Of a stretch of DNA of 64,000 nt, positions 49,938-59,000 are shown one piece after another. The notes below the pieces were generated by a model, which ran no database searches, was not told where the DNA came from, and saw only the letters and a list, made by a program, of their open reading frames with translations. Source of the DNA: a virus (taxonomy: Duplodnaviria > Caudoviricetes); the IMG/VR virus record IMGVR_UViG_3300033075_001751, positions 1 through 64,000 of that record; one strand, 5' to 3'. The position numbers and the translations under genes are program-made. The stretch's first letter is position 1; each line of letters begins with the position of its first letter.

Positions 49938-50401
49938 TCTCACCAATTACGATAGCGATAGATTTTGATGGTACGTGTGTTACACATGAGTTTCCCATTG
50001 TTGGAAAAGACATTGGTGCAGAACCAGTATTGAAAAAATTGGTTGCCGCTGGTCATCAATTGATTCTTTGGACAATGCGTGCAGATGAAGATAGTCTGGC
50101 TTCAAGAGACTCTGGAGATCGTAAGATGTATCTTACCGATGCAGTCGATTGGTTCAAAGCAAGAAATATTCCTTTGTGGGGAACACAAACCAATCCTGAG
50201 CAAAAGTCTTGGACTAGTAGCCCGAAAGCATACGCTCAACTTTATATTGACGACGCTGCACTGGGTACCCCATTGACAAAGAAAGCTTTGCGCAGTTCCA
50301 TTTCTACAAAGGATTCTTACTGGACAATTCCAGCAAGACCCTATGTAGATTGGGTAAAAGTTGAAGAGATGCTAGTTGAGATGGGTCTTATTTCCCACTG
50401 A
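49934..50401 (+). CDS. HAD-superfamily phosphatase-like protein (BT0820-like)
   Basis: IAIDFDGT (motif I), LILWTMR (II), SPK (III), YIDD (IV). Confidence 0.85.
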   Translation: MISPITIAIDFDGTCVTHEFPIVGKDIGAEPVLKKLVAAGHQLILWTMRADEDSLASRDSGDRKMYLTDAVDWFKARNIPLWGTQTNPEQKSWTSSPKAYAQLYIDDAALGTPLTKKALRSSISTKDSYWTIPARPYVDWVKVEEMLVEMGLISH

Positions 50402-52970
50402 TCAATTTCAACAACACATCATCGGGGATGTGACTGTATTGGGGATCCGTCCGATACCTGTCATAAAGTTCGATCGGATTAGATGGAGTAGGGGTCAAGC
50501 TTTCAAGGTTTGACCCCTTTTTGAAATACATGCTACCGGCACGAGTAGGATCAATTTGGAAGTGAGGATTGACCATGTTCAAGTTATGAGCATCAGCACG
50601 GTTTCCGTACATCCTTGAGATTCTGGACATCACTGCTCCACGAGCTGTACGCTTATCCTGATCGTATCGCTCATTGGAAAGCACTGTATCATCGTATGCT
50701 TTCATCATGCTGTCCGCATTGTAGAATGCAGCGTTGTTCAGGATATCAGCTTTCTGACCTTCGAACTGATTGAAGACACCTACGTTCAGGTTACTGTACT
50801 TTCCGAGCACCTGAGCATTTTGCTGTGCGAGCTGACCCTGTACCGCAGATGATCTTGCGCTCAATGATTGTGGACCAGCGTAAGCAGACAGACCCGAGAT
50901 AATCTCAGATCCGCCAGCAAGGTTGGCTGCAATCTCCGACTGAGGAGAATACGGTACCGGTTGTGGAAGATAAGGTTGGACCCGGTTGCGCCATGGTAAT
51001 CTTTTGCGGATACCGGAATAGTCCATGAGGTTCGCACCGAGTCCGACAACATCCTGAAGAAAGAAACCTTCATCGGTATCATCCACAACTGGTGCTTCCA
51101 ATTCAGGAGCTTTCAGTTCTTCTTGTACGGGTACTTCCGGCGCAGGTACAGCGGGTATGTCTGCAAGTTCAAACTCAGCATCTCCTGGTGTTACCATTTG
51201 ACCGATCGAAGTGTTGCCCATAACAGCATCGACCCGGGAAATAGGTTTGTTTCCCCGTCTACCGGCATCATCGTCTTTACCTCGTGCACGGATATTTAAC
51301 CGCGCTACTTTTGGATCTCCTTTTTCTTGAAGATCGACAAGACCATAGTATCCTGCTTGAAATGCTGCAATGTCCTCTTCAGGTAAAGCATCTAATCCAA
51401 GCATACCCATTGTCTCTTGATACTTTTTGTTACGACCGTAACCACGATCCCAAGTAGTCCCTTCTGTGGTACCGAGTTTGTCAAACACTTCAGGTGTACT
51501 CCGTACAGCATACACCTGTTCTTGAGCTTTCATGAAGAGATCTTTCACCTTTGCCGGCGAATCATATTTCTTGAGGATCTTGTCCCGTTGTGCGACAACT
51601 TGCGGTACAGTGGAAGCATTGATGTTCTTTTTCCATTCTTCGTACCAGGATGCTTGCAGCTCTGGATCCGAAAGAATCCTATTTACGTATCCGTATGAGT
51701 CTTGAAGATTCTGGGCAATCTTTTCACCGGCGTACCTTTCAGCATCGGTAAGAGCTTCTAATTTCTTGGGAGCAACCATCTTCACTACCTCACCGTTCTT
51801 CACAGTGATCTTTTCAGTAGGGTGAGCTTTGGCGTACTCTTTCCAGTAAGTGGTAAACTGCTCTTCGGTTTGATCGGGTTTGCGTTCAAGTGTTACTTGT
51901 CCTCCGTCCTGAGCATACATGTGTTCAATTTCACCTCCTTCTGCATAGATTTCACCACCCTTGCGATTGATGTTTGGTTGATATCCGTAAAGATACTCTT
52001 TGAAGTTACCGCTGTTCACATCGTAGTTACCCCGATCGCTACGCGTTTTTGTTGCATATTGATTGGTGGACGAAAGCATCCGGCGAAGTTGGGGGAGCTG
52101 GTTTCGTTGGTTTCCAGTTTCAATTGCGCCTGTAATCAAATCCATGCCGGCAAGAATTGCACCTGCCGTTTGCGGTCCACCATACGCCGTACCGTATTTT
52201 GAATCCACTGTGGTTTTGGTCATACCACCAGGATTGTAACAAGGAGAAGTAGGGTCCATCATCTGCTCTTGGGTACAGGGAGCTTTGATCGACTGATTCT
52301 CTTTTGGTATCCACTGTTGGGTTTGATTGATGCCGCCGACAAATTCATTGTCTCCTGTCAAAGGAGTATTGTCCATTTCTCCACCTGGCTCAAACCAGAA
52401 TTGTCCGCCCATTCCATATTCTCCTTGCTCATCTCCATTCTGATCCATGGGCGAACCTTCATTCATTTCACCTACATACTCTTGAGCAACTTTGGGGATT
52501 CCTTGTGGAAACCCTTTCGTTGCTTCTTGGACCAATGCGAGCTTTGCAAGTTTTTCCTCGTAGTTTCCGATCATTCTTGCTGCGGTTTCTTTTTGCAACT
52601 TATCTGCAATCGGATTTGCAAATACTTCACGGAACTTGTTAATGTCGTAACGTTTTGCAATGTGCGCCGGCGTGCGAGGTTTTGTACCGGTTATGCCGAA
52701 TTCCTCAAGGAGTTTCTTATCCTTGATACGCATATCTTTTGTATCGGAAAAAATGAAAGCCTCTTCTGGAAGATTCAGCGGAGTGCCTCCTTCTGTGTGA
52801 CGTTTACCACCAACAGTATAGTGTGCAGGGTTACCGAGTTTGTCTTCGAGCAAAACAGACTCTCCTTTTTCCGCTTCCATGTTGGCGCGGGATTTCGGCA
52901 CCGGTTTCAGGAGCTTTCTTGCTTTTGGAGCCTTTTCACTTCCGTGAAGATATTGTTTTGACTTTAACAT
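50388..52970 (-). CDS. virion cargo protein with repeated xxGG motifs
   Basis: EAEKGE...G.RH.EGG.PL...FIFSD N-terminal module; YGMGG, FEPGG, RKGG, YAEGG, AQDGG. Confidence 0.75.
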   Translation of the reverse strand: MLKSKQYLHGSEKAPKARKLLKPVPKSRANMEAEKGESVLLEDKLGNPAHYTVGGKRHTEGGTPLNLPEEAFIFSDTKDMRIKDKKLLEEFGITGTKPRTPAHIAKRYDINKFREVFANPIADKLQKETAARMIGNYEEKLAKLALVQEATKGFPQGIPKVAQEYVGEMNEGSPMDQNGDEQGEYGMGGQFWFEPGGEMDNTPLTGDNEFVGGINQTQQWIPKENQSIKAPCTQEQMMDPTSPCYNPGGMTKTTVDSKYGTAYGGPQTAGAILAGMDLITGAIETGNQRNQLPQLRRMLSSTNQYATKTRSDRGNYDVNSGNFKEYLYGYQPNINRKGGEIYAEGGEIEHMYAQDGGQVTLERKPDQTEEQFTTYWKEYAKAHPTEKITVKNGEVVKMVAPKKLEALTDAERYAGEKIAQNLQDSYGYVNRILSDPELQASWYEEWKKNINASTVPQVVAQRDKILKKYDSPAKVKDLFMKAQEQVYAVRSTPEVFDKLGTTEGTTWDRGYGRNKKYQETMGMLGLDALPEEDIAAFQAGYYGLVDLQEKGDPKVARLNIRARGKDDDAGRRGNKPISRVDAVMGNTSIGQMVTPGDAEFELADIPAVPAPEVPVQEELKAPELEAPVVDDTDEGFFLQDVVGLGANLMDYSGIRKRLPWRNRVQPYLPQPVPYSPQSEIAANLAGGSEIISGLSAYAGPQSLSARSSAVQGQLAQQNAQVLGKYSNLNVGVFNQFEGQKADILNNAAFYNADSMMKAYDDTVLSNERYDQDKRTARGAVMSRISRMYGNRADAHNLNMVNPHFQIDPTRAGSMYFKKGSNLESLTPTPSNPIELYDRYRTDPQYSHIPDDVLLKLISGK

Positions 52971-55900
52971 TTTTCGCCTCCCTTCTTGTAAAACTCGTTT
53001 GCGATTTTCAAACGATCTTCAACTGAACCGCCTTCCTTGAACTTTTTCGACAGTTGACGGTATTCATTTTCCCTACGGATCAACATCTGTTCTGTCTCAT
53101 CGATTGACATTCCGGGACGCATATTCGTCTGGGTTTTACTATCCTTTGAAACCAACGGTCTACGAAGATAATCATATTTGGAGACAATCTTTTTTGCTTT
53201 TCGTACACTAGCTGCTTTAGGATCATTTTTCGATTCGGGTGAATCCAAAAGATAATCGTATTTCTTCAGTGTTCTGCGAGCTTCAGCTAGACTCATTTCA
53301 CTACCGGGAGAAGTGCTACTGTGAACTGCCGGCGCATCTTCTTGATAAGGAAGTTCCTGACCACCTCCTATGTTTCCCATAAAAGGTATTGCTCCATCAT
53401 CCTCATAGGGAATTGTATAGTCAAGATTCACATGAGGACGAGCCCGATAAGGAGATTCGTCAATTTCCATAGACGGAACAGGTGCGTTTGGTCTTTGAGT
53501 ACTTGGTATATTTACCTGTGGTGTACTTGTACCCCGACCATAGGGTGTATAGAATTCATAGTGTTCGCTCTTCAGTCTACCTGTTTTTTTTCCAAAAATG
53601 TTGTTTCTGTAGTTTGCTGTATAGTTTGCAATGTGAGACTGATTCCAATCAATCGGAGCAATTACACCGGGATGATAAAGACCTTCAACCGGTCCTTCGT
53701 AATGGAGATCGATCGGTTTCTGAAGATTGGGAACAAATCCTCGCATACGGTTGCGCTTGATGTATGCCGGTACTTCAGCTCCGTTTTGTGCAGTTTGGAT
53801 CCGGGGATCAAAATCTTCAACTCTTACTTTGTCCCGTTGGGTTTGGTACGCTGATCCAAGAAGATTGTCGATTGCACTTTGAAAACCCGTAGTTGCTTGA
53901 CCCCAATGATCCTGGCTTTGTTGCGAGAGGTACATGTCAATAATCTCTTGCGGAACTTGTCCCCCGGTTTGAAAACTGTTCCGGTTGCTCATAAAGTAAG
54001 GTACTTCGTTGTTGCTACGCAGCGAAGAAGACACAACGTTTTGAGCAAATGAGTTTGTGTATTTGGGTTGGGTTTTAGTGACTTTTTGTTTCACTTGATC
54101 CAACAATCTGCGATCGCCGGCTAACTTGCTGTCAAGTACAACCAGTGTATCAGAATCAGGAAGAGCTTCATTGATCCGGGTATAGTCTTCGTCTGCTAAA
54201 TTTACACATCCCCAGGATGTACATTTCTTTTTGACATCGGATCCTTTGAGAGCCGCAAGACGACGGAGGTATTCGGAATCAAGAGGATTGTCAGTATTGT
54301 TGGAATACAACCTGTGCAAAGCTACATTTTCAATTTCAGCTTTGGACATACCCTCCATTTCAATTGGAGTCAAACCTCTCATTTGACCTTTGTAGTGTTT
54401 TTGCAAATACTCTGCGTAAGGTGTACCGTCGTCCATCAAAACATTCATATCCGGATTATTGATGTCCGGAGTGTTCATGATGTATCCGCCACGAGGTGTT
54501 ACTCTTGCATTTGGATTTCGATCTTTTTCCGCTTCGGACTTGCTTCCGTCGTTGCTGTCTTGGTTATAGCCGGTCAATACAGGAAACGATCCGGACTTTC
54601 CGTTTTCATTGTAGTAATACCCCGTGTTGGTTCTTTTGTCAATAACAACACCTGACCGCGGAATCTTCGCCAATTCTTTTTTTGAAGTATCTGCAACCGG
54701 TTTAGACGTATTGTTTTTTACCGGTGTTTGTTTCGAAGAATCTGCTTTTTGTGCAGAAGGTTTGTCACCAGCCATTGCTGTGGTGTAACGTTTACCGTTG
54801 AACTCGAATGTTGCATCCGGTCCCAACTCACGACGAGCTCTACTGAAAGCTTCTCCGAACGAAAGAGGTTTGCTACTTGCTCCTTCCGGTTCACCTCCTT
54901 GCTGAAGATACTCAAGTACATCCTCACCTTTTTCAGTAGGATATGAATCCATCGAAACTTTTGCTTTTTTCGCTGCAATGCGAGCAAGGGTATTCAGGAA
55001 TGCATTCTTATTCATCTCTCCTCCTTTACGGGCTGTATTTTGTGAAAAGGATTTTTCATTGCTCGCCATGTAATTCAACATGTTGAGTAGTGCACCTTTG
55101 CTTTTGCTTATTTCAATTAGATCGTTGATGTTGGTATTTTTACCGTCGTATTGTTTGAAAAAGTTGTCCAAAAATTTCTCGTCTACAACCTGATCGGGTT
55201 TAATACCGGCTTGTTTGCGAAGTACCATGATCCGGGAATGAACTTCGTCAGGATCCGCAATTTGATTGTAGTGATCCTTGTATTCTTGATTGGACATTTC
55301 ACTCTGAGATTTCACCTCATTGTTTACAATGTCGTTGTGTATAGTGCGCATGTATTCACCTGAACCATCACTATTCAGATAATGATTTTGCTCATGCGTT
55401 TTTACATAGTTTTCAGAACGAGGTGTAAGAAGAACTCTTTTGTTTTTTTCTTCATAACGACCTGTTATGTTCGGATCATCGGTTATTTTAACAACGTTTA
55501 CATAAGGAGCAAAGCTTTTTGCTTTTTCAAGATAAGCGGGTTTATCAAGCTCATAAGCTTCCTGAATGTAGTCATCCGGAATCTGTCTGTTTTCATACCA
55601 GTTTTTTAGAAAGGCTTGATGTTCATCCAACGATCCTCCATCTTGAAAAATCAAAGGTGTTCCTTTTGCAGGACTCACCATTCGCTTGGCTTTTTGTTCT
55701 GCTACTATTTTTCTTCCTTTTGCTTCCCATTCGGTTCCTCTGGCTTCCGGATGAGCTGCAAGAAATGTATCAAGCTTTTCTTGGGCTGTAGCTTCTTTGT
55801 GCTGTTGTACAGGTGTACCGTCATCCAGTAAAGCTTTGGGTTTACCTCCTCCTGGAAGTGTTCCGTTTGCAGCCATGTCTTGTGACATCAAAGCAAAAAG

Positions 55901-56098
55901 ACCTTTGACCGGAACTTCCGCAACCATAGGATTTGTAAACTGATGTTCCTCACCGGGAAACATGAGTTTTGTTTCAATACCGTCAGACCCCATAACAGGA
56001 TAGTCTACCTCAGACATACTGATTCGGTCTGAAGGTATCAGATTGAAAGGACGATTCCTATGAGGAGAGTCCCTGCGGTATCCTGTGCGAGAGATCAT
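52964..56098 (-). CDS. modular virion cargo protein with zincin-like and L,D-transpeptidase (YkuD)-like domains separated by xxGG motifs
   Basis: THEQNH...DEVHSR (zincin); VIDK, FPVLTG, TPRG.Y, ALH...SWGCVN (LDT); FQDGG, RKGG, LQQGG, FQTGG, FKEGG, YKKGG. Confidence 0.8.
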   Translation of the reverse strand: MISRTGYRRDSPHRNRPFNLIPSDRISMSEVDYPVMGSDGIETKLMFPGEEHQFTNPMVAEVPVKGLFALMSQDMAANGTLPGGGKPKALLDDGTPVQQHKEATAQEKLDTFLAAHPEARGTEWEAKGRKIVAEQKAKRMVSPAKGTPLIFQDGGSLDEHQAFLKNWYENRQIPDDYIQEAYELDKPAYLEKAKSFAPYVNVVKITDDPNITGRYEEKNKRVLLTPRSENYVKTHEQNHYLNSDGSGEYMRTIHNDIVNNEVKSQSEMSNQEYKDHYNQIADPDEVHSRIMVLRKQAGIKPDQVVDEKFLDNFFKQYDGKNTNINDLIEISKSKGALLNMLNYMASNEKSFSQNTARKGGEMNKNAFLNTLARIAAKKAKVSMDSYPTEKGEDVLEYLQQGGEPEGASSKPLSFGEAFSRARRELGPDATFEFNGKRYTTAMAGDKPSAQKADSSKQTPVKNNTSKPVADTSKKELAKIPRSGVVIDKRTNTGYYYNENGKSGSFPVLTGYNQDSNDGSKSEAEKDRNPNARVTPRGGYIMNTPDINNPDMNVLMDDGTPYAEYLQKHYKGQMRGLTPIEMEGMSKAEIENVALHRLYSNNTDNPLDSEYLRRLAALKGSDVKKKCTSWGCVNLADEDYTRINEALPDSDTLVVLDSKLAGDRRLLDQVKQKVTKTQPKYTNSFAQNVVSSSLRSNNEVPYFMSNRNSFQTGGQVPQEIIDMYLSQQSQDHWGQATTGFQSAIDNLLGSAYQTQRDKVRVEDFDPRIQTAQNGAEVPAYIKRNRMRGFVPNLQKPIDLHYEGPVEGLYHPGVIAPIDWNQSHIANYTANYRNNIFGKKTGRLKSEHYEFYTPYGRGTSTPQVNIPSTQRPNAPVPSMEIDESPYRARPHVNLDYTIPYEDDGAIPFMGNIGGGQELPYQEDAPAVHSSTSPGSEMSLAEARRTLKKYDYLLDSPESKNDPKAASVRKAKKIVSKYDYLRRPLVSKDSKTQTNMRPGMSIDETEQMLIRRENEYRQLSKKFKEGGSVEDRLKIANEFYKKGGEKC

Positions 56099-59000
56099 CG
56101 TTTTGACTCAAGTGATTTCACCGTTGTCAATTTAAGCAACATCTTGATCTTCCCCGAATTTCTTTTTCGCAGGAAGAGACGGAGTATGTTGCTGCGTAGC
56201 TTTTTACGTTGGAATTGAGGCTTCTGGTAATTGACTGCAGCCGGATTGATCGAGAACGAGTATCCATTCAAATCAGTAATGAAGATCGGAATCTGAGCTC
56301 CCGAAAACTCTCCTCTGTCATTGACTACATCCCAAAATTGATTGAACCGGGTCTTGTTTTCTTCAATGTCAAAAAGAATCCTGATGCCGTTCAGGAGAAT
56401 GATAGGATACTGCAGTCTTGCTGCCACATTGTTTTTCGGTGTTGGTAACATTTGAAGCATCCCGGAACACTGTTCATTGTTGAACAGGATAGCTTCGTCA
56501 AACGCTACGTCTGGTACCGAAAACCAATCGTTGTTGGAATTATACAATCTTGTTTCCAATAGATATTCCACGCTGCGCACAGATTCTACAGCTGGTACGG
56601 AAGAAACATAACCAGCTACTTCCCATGGATACTGCGCTCCATAGTAATTGCAATAAAGATCTGTTCTTACGCCGTGTCTCCAAATAGTAGATCTTGCAAC
56701 CGATAGGAAATTATTCTTGGAGGCAACCAATAGTGTCGGATGCCAATCGTGATGGGATACCCAGTTTTTAGTCTTGGTATTGTAACTCAAAGTCCAGGAG
56801 GCATTGTCAAAATACCGTCCGTCTCCAAGAGCTACGTTGAATTGATTGTTAATCCTGAATTGATCGTCTTGCAACCAAACTACAGTCTCGGTAAGGTTCG
56901 GTTTGAGTTTCCAGTCTTTTTTGCAGATATAAAGTATCTCATCTTGATTGTCGTAGACACACTGGATACCGATACCGGAAACAGGATTACCCTGAAGTGA
57001 AAACGTCGGAAAGTCTTCAGTCAACCGATACGGAAGGTTTCGTTGCAACCACCATTTGATACCTCTGCGCGAAATCTCATCTGTTCCGCCGGCAATCTGA
57101 AAAATCTTTCCTTGGTTTTGACTGACCCAAAACAATCCAGCGGCAGTGTTGATTACCGAAAGCATATCCTGACATGATCCGTATTCATAGGAAATGTCTG
57201 CATTCATTACCGACTGCATCGGTTGAGAAAAAAGACCTCCGTCTCCTATAGTGACTTTTGTACCCAAATCCGTATTCAAAGTATCGACTCCTTGAAATTC
57301 TACCGGAGAATCCGATCGGAAAAGGATAAGAGCACCGCTTTTGTTTACTGGCTTGACCGCAACAGGAAAATTCATGAAGTCGCGGTAGTTGTTTGCAAGC
57401 CACACTTTCCAGTAGTCTTTGCGCGACTCCAGCTGATTCGGAAGCGAGTAGATGATTCTTTTCGGGTAATAGGTATAACAAGTCTGAGCTATGAGAGGAT
57501 CGTAGTCTCTTTCCTGTATGTTTCCCCATGAAAAGAAATTGTTGAACAACCTGGATACACTCAGGGATCGGTCGTACCGGTAGAAGTTCACATCCTTGAT
57601 GATCGGTACATCAAAAAGTGACCTGAGATCAGTGAATCCATACGGGTCATAATGCTTTTCTTGGGGAAGATCGCCCCAGTCACGTTGAGCAGTATTGATT
57701 TCAGACTCTACAAAGAAATCCCTTACCGCAGATTGAAACAGATAAAAGTATCTGTCCTTGACCCGAAAAGAAACTCCGTTGGTTATCGCGCTGAAAAGTC
57801 CTGTACCGTTAAACACGTCGCCATCAAGTCTTGCTTTTTTAGATGGTAGACCTGTCCACGCCGAACCTTGAAGAACCGCAAAGATTCCCTGCGTAAATTC
57901 AGCAGCTTCAAATTCTTGAAAGTCAGCCCAAAACCGAGGATACGTAATCATGTACCTCAACCGGTAATCGTATTCATATCCGTTCGGTTGCTGATAAAGC
58001 CAGTCCGAGAAATAGAAGAAGGTGTTTTTTTCAGTGTATCGAGTAATATAAGTGTCGCCGCCAAAGTAGACTTTGGTACGTGCAAGAGGTTGATTGTTGG
58101 TAAAAGCGGTTGTGAGTTCTTGTTGGGAAACATTAGTGATACAGCCCGCTGGCATTTGAAGGATGGAATCAAGCTGTCCGTATTGATTGGGTAAAGCAAC
58201 CTTGATTCCCGCATAGTAAGAACACGTAGTTGTCTTGAACGGAATTTCCGGTTTTTGAAAAGAAGGTCTCTGAGACCCGAATGGAAGTCCTTCGTTTGGA
58301 ATGAAACCCCCTCCATAGTTGGTGCTCACCCTTATTTGAGGGATGGTTCCACTTGCCGTACCGATAGTTTGAAGGGTAGTATCTTCAACGGAAGGATCCG
58401 AAAACGTACTGTTGATTTCTATCGCAACTGCATTTCCTCTGAAAAGATTATTGACCTTGCGCGTTGCTCCAAGATTTTCAATCGAATTGTCAATGTAGAT
58501 TGCATCGTTGATGCGACGACGGGTATTTCCTGCTAAAGCTCCTCCTTGTGCAAACCTGTTATTGAAACCATGAGAAATATATCTCATTGCATATTGGTTA
58601 AACGGCACCACAGCTTTGATAAGCTGAAGAGTAGAGTCCGCTCCCATGGACCAATAACTTGAGAAAATAGTAAACCCGCTCAAAACATTGGCTATGCTGC
58701 CAAGCTGACCATAGTCCGTAGCTTCTACAGATTGTTGATCTTCATTTGATTTTACACCTGGTATTGCAGACGCTCCTATGTCTACCCCTTTGCTGACAAT
58801 CTGTTCGTAAGCATCTGTACCGGCTAACAAAGATGCCAAGAGATTGGGAATGGGAATTGTCGTGTTACCAAGTTCAGCTGCAAGTTTTGCTCCTTTGTAT
58901 AAAGGAGCTGCACCGGCAAAGATCGCCCAGTCAGGATCTAAACCTGCTATAAGAGGAGCAATGTAACCTTCAGATTCAAAGCTGACATCTTTTCTATGAG

